IMG/VR virus record: IMGVR_UViG_3300025889_000131
Span: 1 to 59,253 of that record
Length of the DNA stretch: 59,253 nucleotides
Strand: one strand, 5' to 3'
Source of the DNA: a virus
Lineage: Duplodnaviria; Caudoviricetes
Shown here: positions 37,468 to 47,668 of the stretch, piece by piece
Layout of the letters: each line of letters opens with the position of its first letter
Numbering within the stretch: position 1 is the stretch's first letter
Translations under genes and position numbers: made by a program
Notes under the pieces: generated by a model
What the model was told of the DNA's origin: nothing
The model's database searches: none
Seen by the model: the letters and a program-made list of their open reading frames with translations, nothing else

Positions 37468-40400
37468 TATTTCTGCAGTGCAATTGCTCTAAAGTTACGA
37501 ACTCTTGGCGGATTAACTGTCGTTGATGACAGAAGAACAAGCTTAACTTTCAGATATTTATATCTCGAGAAAGCAACTCTTGAATTATTAGTATACTGAA
37601 TAATTCCGGTCGTTGTATTTGCTCCAGATTTATATGTGTCTGACCAATTAGGAACCGTATACTTTCTTTCTGTAAAGTCATTACGGTTTTCCGTAGACGA
37701 AACAACCAGATTAGAAGTTGCATCCGTCATTGGTACCCAACCGCGATCTTCAAGAGCATCATCATCTTCACGATTGAGAATCTTATAGTATGCTTTAATC
37801 TGTGAATCGTTTGGAGTATAACCGTCAAGATAGATAAGTAAATCTTCAGCATCCTGTCCATCTTCAAGTACAACTGTTTTTGTGATATATCTTGATTTTG
37901 CATTACCACCAGTTGTGTTTGCAGCTGGACCATTGACCCATTCACTGTCTTCATTTGAAGAGTCAGCGTTAATCATGTTCTCGATATTTACGAGATAGGT
38001 ACGATCAATATCGATAGCAGGAGATACTCTATCATTACGTGAGAACATATTGATGATTGCTTCTCCTGTCGGCGGCAACGACTGATCTCTTTCTGATGAT
38101 TTAGAGAGAATAAATCTGCGTGACTGATTTACTGTTGTTTCACCAACAGTAAAGTCAGTACTATCTACTTCAAACGCATTTGTTGCAGATGCAAACTTAC
38201 TTGATGACAGAATACGTGTGTCATTAAGATCAAGATAATCAGACCATAACATGAATGAATCTTGATTTAGTACATCACGACTTACAACATTTGCTGTATA
38301 TCCATTAACTCTTGATGTAAGTGTTGTATTTGCAACGAACTGAGCAGATGCGTTGGTAGTGACTCCACTTGGTGTTTCATATACTCCAGTTGTGTTTGAT
38401 ACGTAGAGGTATGAGTTTGAGTAGTTGGTACTATCATAGTAGTACAGTTTACCAGTTGCATAGTTTTTAGCATGAATAACCGCTGTTTGCCCGGTAGCAA
38501 CACTCGTATCAGAGAACTTGAACGTAAGCGTTTCACCAATTTGGAAATCAGTTCCTGTAGTGATTTTTGTGACCACAATGTCATTGGCTGACGCGTTGAT
38601 TCCAGTGTTGGAGTCCGGGCCAATTCTCGAAACCGTACCGATTGCTCCAGACGTTCCTCCAACAACAAATTCTTGGCCTGCTCCATTTGCGATCGGAGGT
38701 GTGCCAGAGACTGATGTAGTAAGTGTAATTCGCTGTGGTCCATGTATCACCTCTCCAAATTTTGTAAAGTAATCCTGTGAAGTAGAACTTGGTACTCCGT
38801 TAGAAACATTGTCGACCGTAAAGAAGTCAACATTTGCTTTCTTGAGTACTGCAGTTCCTGTAGCATTTGTAGTAAACTTAGCCAAGTAAACAGTAAACTT
38901 CAGATCTTCTTCCTGAATTGCGGTATACTGACGATCATTAGAAGATGCATGAAGCATTCCAATTGCAGGCTGTTTACTTACACGATTTCCTGTAACCGTA
39001 TCTACTTCACCAAGCCTTGAGCACCAGATATTATAGTTCGGATTGTTTGCAGCAGGACGAACAACGAGTGCATATTCTCTTGATCCAACTAAGTAAATTG
39101 GAGTAGAGAATGTAAACGGTGTTGGTTTGCTTCCATCGTCACTTAGGTTGACATCTGCGCTGTTGACAGTAACTTGGCTGAATGGAACAATCTTACTTGT
39201 AATTGCGTTGCTTGTTTTATCAACTTCTCTAATTTCAACAGATACTGGATAGTTAGCATCTTTTGACTGGAAGTACAGATCAATCTTAGTTAAGAAAGCA
39301 CCGGATGATGACGCACCGCTAAGACCAACATCTGCAAGAGTAAATGTTTGTGCTAACGGATCTTCTGCGCAGGCTCCACCTGATACAGATAGAGATGCAC
39401 TGTAAGCATTTAGTGCAGCCTGTGTATCAAACAGACCAGTTGGATTGATGACTCCGGTAAATTGACCGTTCCAGAGAAGTCCACTTTCTCCAAGTTCTGG
39501 TGCATCTACGGAATACTGAATTGGAACGGGTGCATTTGGATTTGTAGTAATCGGAGGCTGTGCACTACCAGAACCAACAGCTGCTGTATTTGCTGTACCA
39601 GGCTGTGGTGATGCTTCGTATGCTTCTCCACCAGGAAGTACGTTAACAACATCATGTCTATCCTGTTTCCATCCACTGTATTCTGAAACGGCTTCATTGC
39701 GAATTTCAGGAATACGCGTAGTAACGATCGTATCTTGTACAGACTTAGTTGTCCCAGATGAAGTAAAGAATGCATCAGCTGAAGTAGTTGTTTCGTTAAG
39801 TCTCGGAATATTTTTCGGACTGTCTGTAATACGGAATACTTTAGTACCAGTTGTGAACTTCAAGCTTGCATCGTTTGGAATACGGAAGAGACCATATACA
39901 TTTCCATTAGCATCTGATGTCAGCGATCCACCTTCATTAGCCGTATTTGCATAGCTGCTGTTTGTTGGTGTGACATAAGAACTGACATAACGATTATCAA
40001 AGTAAGCATAAAGCTTAGTATTAGGTTTCATTCCAATTGCATTGAATTTAACAATACGCGAACGCATGTATTTCGAAACACTAACGCCAACAACGTTTGT
40101 ATTGCGTGTCGTCTTGATTGTATCTGGAAGACGTTTGATCTGAACACCAGATCTTTGGAAACGATAATCCGTTACAGCAATACTACGCTCAACATCATGT
40201 AAGAATTCTCTACCAGCTCCATTGATAACAACCTCTTTTGAAACGGTTGGATCTGTGTAGTATTCATTTCTTGATGAATCATCTACTTCCCAATCGCCCC
40301 ATTCTGTTGTGATAACTTTTTCTTCAAAGTAGTTGTCATTGTTATTATCAAAGTTCTGATTGACATCTGGAAGCTGAATAACACTTTCCCACGTATCATT

Positions 40401-43400
40401 GTCTGGGTCAAGAGTCATTGTTCCGCGGAAGTTATAAAACAATCCAGCAAGATTACGAGTATGTGTAGAATACGGATTCTTGAATGTTTGATCGTGTTCA
40501 TACTTAAGTGTAACCAATTTTCCAACAGGAGGATTTGCAACAGTTTGAATTTTAGAGATACTCCCTGAGGTACCTCCAGTTACTGTTTCTCCTGCAGTAA
40601 ATGATCCAGAAGTAATAGTTTCAATATAGAGCTTATTGTCTACTTGATAAACAAGTGTTCCTGTGGCTCCGCCAGCGCCAGTAATTGTTTCACCTGCAGT
40701 GAATGTATTACCTGTAAGATTAGTATTACTCAGTGTTGAATTGATATAAAGTGTTAGCTTAGAATCGCGTGGCTTATTGAGAACATTAGTGCTATTCGCA
40801 GAATGATAGTTCATTTCTACATGGTCAACCTTAACTGGTGGACGCATTTCATTCTTTGTTCTATCAATTGAGATAGAATAATCATCATCGGCTGGATCAC
40901 CAACTCCATGACCGGTAAATCCATCTACAATAATTCCGTTCTTGAAACGATCAATACCAGAAGAGTCTGCAATAAATCGACCAGCAGTTTCTCTTTCAAG
41001 CTGATTTAGAGCAACATAGTATTCAAGGCGACTGATACGTTCATCAAGAGCACCAATGTCTTTCATTTTATATCCGCGTTGTGATGTAGGAGTCATCTTG
41101 ACAGCAAGATCACGACGCTTGTTTGGAGTCAGTTTGTTTGCTTCACTTAGAGGAATTGAAGGATACGGAGGAATATGCAGAGTTGCCAAAATCATAGCAT
41201 CTGCTGGACTACGAGGAGGCTGAGGAGCCTCAGAAGGAACACCGCGAACCGTACGGAATGATCCCTTTGAGTCGATCACAAGAAGATCTATACGACCAAG
41301 ATAATTCTGGTAATCAAACAAGAAATTAGCATTCGGAGGTGAATAGTGCAATCCGCTTGCAATAGTCGAAATTGTAGTATTTGTCGGAGGATTGGTTGTG
41401 ATATTTGTCAGTGATGTAACATTATTTGCTGTATCACTAATACGTGGACGAATGTCAATACAATCTCTCAGATCAAGTACTTTACCGTCTGTTGGAGAAA
41501 TAAACAGAGGAATTTCTTCTGTTTTGATTGAAGTATTACTTGGATTGCTATCATTGATAGGATAACTGTCAACACTGAAGTAACCAATACCAGATGATGT
41601 ATCATGTTCGAAGAAATCATACTTAACAAGCAGATAATCTGATGTTGTCAGAGTCAATGGCTTGAAAGGATTGCGCTTAAGTTTACCATGATTGTAAAGA
41701 TTGTCTCTTTGTCCGTTATCAAGAACAAAGTTTTCTGTCACATCTACTCCATCCGTAAGAGCAGAGAATGCAGATCCTTTACGACGAACCTGTGTAATCT
41801 TATGAATGTCGGATACACCGAGATTCCATGGACCAAGAATTCCTCCATTAGCAGAGGAAAGATTCAGTTGTACGTAACGATTCTTTCGAATTGTTTTGTC
41901 AATCTGTGCTCCGTCAACTCTTTTCTGCTTAGAAATTACAGTTGCCGAAACAGATCCAGTTGTGTTGAAACCTTCTTTGAGATCAAAACGAACAGACGTT
42001 GATGATGATGAACCTACAAGACGACCAGTAGCTGTGTTAGATCCAGCAGCACCAGTACCAGTCAGATCAACAGCCTGCCCGGCGAAGATAACTTTGTGAT
42101 GATTTTGTGATCCACCGGTTGACCAGTTCTTCGTATTAGAAATGATTAGATTTGTGTCATTCTGAATGGTAAGAATGCGTTCACCTTGAGTTCCATTACC
42201 AAAATGAATGTATTCACCGACATTATATTCTGATGCAAAGTCAGTTCCTGAACCAGCTACGTTTGCACCTGTTACAGTTACTGTTCCTGTGTGATGTGCC
42301 GTAGAAGTATTTGCTGTGGTATTAAAGAATAAATGATAATTATCACGAATTTGAGAAGCTGTAAGTGTCCCGGTTCCGTGATTGATCTGTCCTGTTCCAG
42401 ATGCAGCAGAAGTAGTAATAGTAAAGACACCAGTATTCGAAATGTTTACTGACTCTCTCTTCAAGTAACGATGATCAAGATCAAGTGTTCCGCTTGCGTC
42501 TGTAAGTTGTTTGACACCCCTTGATCCAATTGGATACACACCTCTAACAAACCCAGGCTCCTGAATTGAGGCTACTCCGTTAGAGAGAACCACATCAGCA
42601 ATTGAGTTAGCAGCTGAACCTGACGTCCAGTTATCCAAGAAGACACTGCGTACATTAGCAAAATTAGCTGATGACATCTGAATATCATAGAGATATAGAT
42701 TATATAGTGCGTTGTTACTTCCAGGTGTTCCTGATACATACTCGAGAGCACGGGCACGCGCAGTACCAATCTCTGAACCAACCGCAACACCCGTCTTATT
42801 ATTTCCACCAATACCACCTGTATGTACATAAGTATTGGCAGCACTGTTTCTGAGACTGATTACACTGTGCTTATTAAAGTCCCATGAGCCAGCAACACCA
42901 TAAACCTGTACATAATTTCCGTAATTGGTAGAAACTGTTGCATCATTATATGTCTTTGTGTCAATTCCTTTCGGTGTTTCTACGTATGTAGTTCCAGATG
43001 TTTTATGATCGTATCCGCGAACATAAGCTTTACCACTTTCAACACCAAGCATGAGAAGGTTGTTATTCCCGCGAGATGATGATGAAAGAATACCATTGTT
43101 ATTACCGGTCTTTAGATGTTCATGAACTCTAACACCCATACCTTCTGTTACGTAATCACCTTCATTATCGAAGGCTCTGCGTGCTACATAGTCACGAAGT
43201 TTGTTATACGTAGATGCATCACGCTTAAGCTCCATAGCTCCATTTTTGATTTGGAGAAGTTCTACAAAGTTACTGTTTGCTCCAAATGAAGATGTCGTTG
43301 ATCTCGTTGTAAGAATCGGATCAAGTTTAAGTCTATCTGCCCCAACAGCACTGTAATTCTTAGCTCCACTTGCAGGATCAAGTAATGATAAATCCTGTGA

Positions 43401-44093
43401 AGAAGTGACAACATTCTCCGCAATATCAAATCCTACGCGAACTGTTGGGAATCGTGAACGTTTACCGACAATAACGCTCTGCTCAGGAACTCTAATAAAG
43501 TGATCCTTCGCAAAAATAATACCTTCACGAACTGTCATGCGCGCTGAATAACCAGTAGCATTAGCCTGAGAAACAACATTTGCAGAAAGTCCGCTGTTAG
43601 CTACTAGCTGTTCTCCTGCAGACGATGCATCTCCAACAAAGATCTTCTGAATATTGTTTGAACTTGAGCTCGTGTATTTAACGAACAGTGTTTTAGTATC
43701 CAAACCGTCTGCTTCTGACCCGTCTTCAGATCCAACAACATATGCTGTAATTCCAGATGTCTGTCCTGTAATTGATGTTCCCACAAGAGCAGCTGCATTT
43801 ACAGTCGATCCAGTATTAGCACTATCGCGAATACGAACAAAACCAACCTGCTGATCATAAAGAATTTCACAGCCTTTAACAACCGCTCCTTCTTTAAGAA
43901 TATGCTCTCCAAATCGATCAATTTGATTTTGAAGAAGTGTTTGAAGCTGAGTTAATTCTCTGCCTTGAACAGCACGTCCTGGACGAAACAGAAATCTATG
44001 AAAATTCTTTGTTTCATCAAAGTCATCATAATAAGGATCAACATTGAAATCTGTTGATAGTGTGTTTGTATTAGATACTGAAACGTCTGCCAT
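37467..44093 (-). CDS. Large virion structural protein (VrlC/DUF4815-like, baseplate periphery)
   Basis: PYYDDFD..KNF.R.LFRPG..VQ.RELTQ.Q, GADRL, GKAYV.GY, M.DIG.L..RI..LEYY, DPLAQTF, C-terminal R.IAL; follows gp8. Confidence 0.85.
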   Translation of the reverse strand: MADVSVSNTNTLSTDFNVDPYYDDFDETKNFHRFLFRPGRAVQGRELTQLQTLLQNQIDRFGEHILKEGAVVKGCEILYDQQVGFVRIRDSANTGSTVNAAALVGTSITGQTSGITAYVVGSEDGSEADGLDTKTLFVKYTSSSSNNIQKIFVGDASSAGEQLVANSGLSANVVSQANATGYSARMTVREGIIFAKDHFIRVPEQSVIVGKRSRFPTVRVGFDIAENVVTSSQDLSLLDPASGAKNYSAVGADRLKLDPILTTRSTTSSFGANSNFVELLQIKNGAMELKRDASTYNKLRDYVARRAFDNEGDYVTEGMGVRVHEHLKTGNNNGILSSSSRGNNNLLMLGVESGKAYVRGYDHKTSGTTYVETPKGIDTKTYNDATVSTNYGNYVQVYGVAGSWDFNKHSVISLRNSAANTYVHTGGIGGNNKTGVAVGSEIGTARARALEYVSGTPGSNNALYNLYLYDIQMSSANFANVRSVFLDNWTSGSAANSIADVVLSNGVASIQEPGFVRGVYPIGSRGVKQLTDASGTLDLDHRYLKRESVNISNTGVFTITTSAASGTGQINHGTGTLTASQIRDNYHLFFNTTANTSTAHHTGTVTVTGANVAGSGTDFASEYNVGEYIHFGNGTQGERILTIQNDTNLIISNTKNWSTGGSQNHHKVIFAGQAVDLTGTGAAGSNTATGRLVGSSSSTSVRFDLKEGFNTTGSVSATVISKQKRVDGAQIDKTIRKNRYVQLNLSSANGGILGPWNLGVSDIHKITQVRRKGSAFSALTDGVDVTENFVLDNGQRDNLYNHGKLKRNPFKPLTLTTSDYLLVKYDFFEHDTSSGIGYFSVDSYPINDSNPSNTSIKTEEIPLFISPTDGKVLDLRDCIDIRPRISDTANNVTSLTNITTNPPTNTTISTIASGLHYSPPNANFLFDYQNYLGRIDLLVIDSKGSFRTVRGVPSEAPQPPRSPADAMILATLHIPPYPSIPLSEANKLTPNKRRDLAVKMTPTSQRGYKMKDIGALDERISRLEYYVALNQLERETAGRFIADSSGIDRFKNGIIVDGFTGHGVGDPADDDYSISIDRTKNEMRPPVKVDHVEMNYHSANSTNVLNKPRDSKLTLYINSTLSNTNLTGNTFTAGETITGAGGATGTLVYQVDNKLYIETITSGSFTAGETVTGGTSGSISKIQTVANPPVGKLVTLKYEHDQTFKNPYSTHTRNLAGLFYNFRGTMTLDPDNDTWESVIQLPDVNQNFDNNNDNYFEEKVITTEWGDWEVDDSSRNEYYTDPTVSKEVVINGAGREFLHDVERSIAVTDYRFQRSGVQIKRLPDTIKTTRNTNVVGVSVSKYMRSRIVKFNAIGMKPNTKLYAYFDNRYVSSYVTPTNSSYANTANEGGSLTSDANGNVYGLFRIPNDASLKFTTGTKVFRITDSPKNIPRLNETTTSADAFFTSSGTTKSVQDTIVTTRIPEIRNEAVSEYSGWKQDRHDVVNVLPGGEAYEASPQPGTANTAAVGSGSAQPPITTNPNAPVPIQYSVDAPELGESGLLWNGQFTGVINPTGLFDTQAALNAYSASLSVSGGACAEDPLAQTFTLADVGLSGASSSGAFLTKIDLYFQSKDANYPVSVEIREVDKTSNAITSKIVPFSQVTVNSADVNLSDDGSKPTPFTFSTPIYLVGSREYALVVRPAANNPNYNIWCSRLGEVDTVTGNRVSKQPAIGMLHASSNDRQYTAIQEEDLKFTVYLAKFTTNATGTAVLKKANVDFFTVDNVSNGVPSSTSQDYFTKFGEVIHGPQRITLTTSVSGTPPIANGAGQEFVVGGTSGAIGTVSRIGPDSNTGINASANDIVVTKITTGTDFQIGETLTFKFSDTSVATGQTAVIHAKNYATGKLYYYDSTNYSNSYLYVSNTTGVYETPSGVTTNASAQFVANTTLTSRVNGYTANVVSRDVLNQDSFMLWSDYLDLNDTRILSSSKFASATNAFEVDSTDFTVGETTVNQSRRFILSKSSERDQSLPPTGEAIINMFSRNDRVSPAIDIDRTYLVNIENMINADSSNEDSEWVNGPAANTTGGNAKSRYITKTVVLEDGQDAEDLLIYLDGYTPNDSQIKAYYKILNREDDDALEDRGWVPMTDATSNLVVSSTENRNDFTERKYTVPNWSDTYKSGANTTTGIIQYTNNSRVAFSRYKYLKVKLVLLSSTTVNPPRVRNFRAIALQK

Positions 44094-44102
44094 GGATTAC
44101 CT

Positions 44103-45641
44103 TTAGAATGTAAAGACGAGTTTGAAGTTTTCATCTTGATCACGCGCGCGTGAAATAGCTTGTCTATTTTCTATATATATGACTTCACCTGAGTATGGTT
44201 TAAGATCAGCGGCAGTAATACTGTCAATAATGCCGTTAGCTCCTGAACTTGTAACTGTTTCACCTGTGGAAAAAGCAATATTAGAAGAGACAAGTACTAC
44301 ATGCAAATTGCCTGCAGTATTCGATGAATTTGTATTTGAAAAACGAACAATTCGACCAGTAGCCCCTGAAGTTTCTCCAGTAACAACACTATCAAGTACA
44401 AATGAACCACTTGAACTTACAGAGCTAAGATTGAGTTTTGTTGTTTGTGATACAGTTGTTGTAGTACAAAGAGATCCGTTTGCCCATTTCGGGTTAAGAA
44501 TCAATCCAAATCGACGATAGTCATTGACGATTGGAAGTGTATTTGCTTCATCTCTTTCAAGCGTAACATTAAACATGAGATTCTTGCCGTTAAGCTCTTG
44601 TACTGGATTAGAACCATGTCCTCCGTTTTGGGGAATGTATGCTGTGGCAACTGCACCGGATCCACTATTAGCTGTAATTACAACATTAGCTGTTGAATAA
44701 TCAGATCCTTCGTTGATAATATTCACATATGAAATTGCTCCAGCAACCACGTTTGAATATGCTGTTGCTCCTGTTCCGTCTCCATAAATTGTTACCTTTG
44801 GAGAAATAAGATATGCAGAAGACGTATTTGGAAGTGATGTGAATGCAGCATTAACAGTTGCTGTTCGTGTGGATCCAACATAGTTAATAATTTCTCTTTG
44901 CTGACCAGATCCAGCACTACCTGTGATACGAAGAACACTTCCGTTGTAAATATCATCTGTACCAGACGCATTTGATCTAAGTACAAGAGTGGTTGAATTT
45001 GAAACCGCATTGAAACCAAGAGTATTGGACGTAAACACATATCCAGATCCTCCGGTCGTCACATCGATAACTTGAATAGATCCATTAACTGCGGCCTGCT
45101 GTACATCCCATTGAAGAGAACTATCATCTGCTGTAAGTGTTTTTACTGGGATATAATTCGTAGAAACAAAATCTGTAATGTCATCAGAAGAAAGTGAATA
45201 CATGAATTTCCATTTGTATCCATCGGCAGTTGTGAGAACAGATGTACTTGTTCCTGTTGGTTCTACTGTTGAATTCGCTCCACTATTATTGAATAAACAC
45301 TTATAAACATTGTTTGCACTTGAAAGAACGAAGTATTGAGAAGAAAAAATGTTTGTATCTGTGTGATCATATTCGGTAAAAAGAGTATTATTTGACCAGT
45401 TGTATCTATTTGTTGCTAAAGAAATACCACCAGGAATAATTCTCTTAAGACCGAACATATCTCTCCAAACATCATAGTCAACATTGCCGACGTAATTTGA
45501 TTGTGCTGGAACTGACTGTTCGTTTGCCCAAGGCTCAATTCTTCCAATGAAGAGATATAGATAATCATCTTCACTATCAAGTGCTGCTTTAAACTTTTTA
45601 GCAGTTTCGATGCTGAAATTGTATGTTACGATTCCTGACAT
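44103..45641 (-). CDS. gp8: Baseplate wedge gp8
   Basis: YLFIGR..PW, VYKCL.N, DGY.WK.MY, GHG.NP..EL, Y.ENR..I.R..DQ.E..K.V..F. Confidence 0.93.
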   Translation of the reverse strand: MSGIVTYNFSIETAKKFKAALDSEDDYLYLFIGRIEPWANEQSVPAQSNYVGNVDYDVWRDMFGLKRIIPGGISLATNRYNWSNNTLFTEYDHTDTNIFSSQYFVLSSANNVYKCLFNNSGANSTVEPTGTSTSVLTTADGYKWKFMYSLSSDDITDFVSTNYIPVKTLTADDSSLQWDVQQAAVNGSIQVIDVTTGGSGYVFTSNTLGFNAVSNSTTLVLRSNASGTDDIYNGSVLRITGSAGSGQQREIINYVGSTRTATVNAAFTSLPNTSSAYLISPKVTIYGDGTGATAYSNVVAGAISYVNIINEGSDYSTANVVITANSGSGAVATAYIPQNGGHGSNPVQELNGKNLMFNVTLERDEANTLPIVNDYRRFGLILNPKWANGSLCTTTTVSQTTKLNLSSVSSSGSFVLDSVVTGETSGATGRIVRFSNTNSSNTAGNLHVVLVSSNIAFSTGETVTSSGANGIIDSITAADLKPYSGEVIYIENRQAISRARDQDENFKLVFTF

Positions 45642-45663
45642 TTTCTCTCTTTCGGCTACAAAT

Positions 45664-45671
45664 TATTTATA
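45664..45671 (-). promoter_or_regulatory. Late promoter TATAAATA upstream of gp8
   Basis: Exact match, intergenic. Confidence 0.88.
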
Positions 45672-45673
45672 AG

Positions 45674-47668
45674 CTAATTATAGATGATATCGATTAAAGA
45701 ATAATATTGTCCGTTAGAAACATAAGAAGTTTCACTATTTCCGGCATATGAAGGATCAATTCTCATTGACTCTGCTCCGTAAACAGTAATGGCTCTAACG
45801 TCAGTATTTCCAAGTGGTGTTGGAGCAGAAATAGCATTATCCGTTTGAATAAGGATAGAAGTATTTCCTGGAACAATTGCGCTTGAATTGTTGAAGAAAG
45901 TATTGTTTCCGTATAGCAAACTATCCGTTCCAACATAAAGCATTGGTGTATTTGAGAAACGGTTTAGCATATATGGATCTGTCTCCCAGAAACTCAATGA
46001 TGTAGTATTTGCAACAAAGACTCCACCAACTCCAAGTACCCACGCTGTATTTGGTTGTTCAATTGTTTCTCCAACGGTCACAGAAGAAGCTGTTGACTCA
46101 GAAGTAATAAGTTTAGTGCCAAACCTTTTGAAACCAGCTGGATGAAGTAGATCGTTCACGGCCTGTCTATACTCTCGTGTATTCATAGTACTTTTAATAA
46201 CATAAGAGTAATCTTGATAGTAATCATTATCTTGTAACTTCATATTACTTGACAAGAATCCACGAGTATCAGTATATCCGCCTTCTCCAATAATAAATCC
46301 AGAAGTAACTGTCGTTCCAATAGCATTTACTGTTCTAAGTGTATTATTTACTGTATTTGCTCTACTTGAATCGTTTGCCGCTGATTGGTTGTAAATTTGT
46401 GCTGATCTATCACGAGTATAAAGAGACCCCTGTTCGTTTATAGCAATTGTACTAATGGATCCGGGAGCATGTGCCACAGAAATAACAGCGTTATTTCCAA
46501 GTCCGTTTAGTTGTAATTCAGCTACATTCTCCTGAGTAACAATAACAGATGGAAGTATAGAGTATCCAGTCCCAAAATTGGTAATGTAAATTCCAGTAAT
46601 TGCACCAACACTTATATTACTAAATACAAGAGAAGATTGAAGAGTACTATTGACATTTGCTGTTTGTAAATTTGCACTTCCGTTAACAGTATTGCCACCA
46701 GCACCACCAAATGCTGTATTACTATTGATGTTTAGTGGAACATGAGAAAAGTTATTGATAGTATCTGTGTTGATCGATACAACACCAGAATTAGATACAC
46801 TTGAAATATAGAAGCTTGCACCAGTACCAGAACCACCGGCAATAGTGATTGATGCATTTGTAGTATATCCATTTCCTCCATCTTCAATAGCAAAAACTAC
46901 TGCTTCTGTATCAGATGTTGTGAGAACATATCCGTTAGCACCGGAACCAGTGCCATGATCTGAGAATGTAATATGATCTCCAACTCTATGATAAGCTCCA
47001 CCAAAAGTAATATCAAGATTAGCAAGAGGACCAGTTCCGGTATAGATTGTTCCAGAAAAATCAGAATCGGAAGTACTAATAACTTCATCATTTTTAAATG
47101 TACCATTGATACGCGACAGATTATAATTGAACACCTCAATACCAAATTCTCTCGTAGCAGAAATTGATTCTACACGCGCCTGCGCACCAGACTCTCTACC
47201 AAGTATTGTTTGTCCGCCCTGTGCATATGCATTACCAGAAGTAACATTTACACGAATATACTGATCTTTTTCCCAGACACCATCACTCACACGAAGTATA
47301 TTGTCTGCTGGATAGTAAATATCAATTTCTTCATTATACAATGCTCTAAACAGAAGCTTGTATGATTCTTTAGATCCTTTTGCTCTATAAAGATCAAGAA
47401 CATTTTTTATGAAAGTACGTTCGTTTGCACTAATTGATTTTGGAACATTGACGAGATATTCTCTTTTAAACCAATCAAGATATTCACTCGTTGTATTATC
47501 AATGTCTGTATAGTTCAAAAGATTTTTAGATCTTTCAATAACTTTACCATCTTGCTCAATAGATTCATAATAAGCTTTGACAAATTTCACAAGCAAAGGC
47601 CCTTCTTGTTTGATAAAAGAAGGGAACTGATCCTCAATAAGAACAGATATTTTTTTGTTAGTAGACAT
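45674..47668 (-). CDS. gp7: Baseplate wedge initiator gp7
   Basis: QFP.F, F.KAYY, Y.AKG...SY.LLFR.LY, SDG.W, LQD..YYQ.YSY..KS, HPAG...FG. Confidence 0.88.
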   Translation of the reverse strand: MSTNKKISVLIEDQFPSFIKQEGPLLVKFVKAYYESIEQDGKVIERSKNLLNYTDIDNTTSEYLDWFKREYLVNVPKSISANERTFIKNVLDLYRAKGSKESYKLLFRALYNEEIDIYYPADNILRVSDGVWEKDQYIRVNVTSGNAYAQGGQTILGRESGAQARVESISATREFGIEVFNYNLSRINGTFKNDEVISTSDSDFSGTIYTGTGPLANLDITFGGAYHRVGDHITFSDHGTGSGANGYVLTTSDTEAVVFAIEDGGNGYTTNASITIAGGSGTGASFYISSVSNSGVVSINTDTINNFSHVPLNINSNTAFGGAGGNTVNGSANLQTANVNSTLQSSLVFSNISVGAITGIYITNFGTGYSILPSVIVTQENVAELQLNGLGNNAVISVAHAPGSISTIAINEQGSLYTRDRSAQIYNQSAANDSSRANTVNNTLRTVNAIGTTVTSGFIIGEGGYTDTRGFLSSNMKLQDNDYYQDYSYVIKSTMNTREYRQAVNDLLHPAGFKRFGTKLITSESTASSVTVGETIEQPNTAWVLGVGGVFVANTTSLSFWETDPYMLNRFSNTPMLYVGTDSLLYGNNTFFNNSSAIVPGNTSILIQTDNAISAPTPLGNTDVRAITVYGAESMRIDPSYAGNSETSYVSNGQYYSLIDIIYN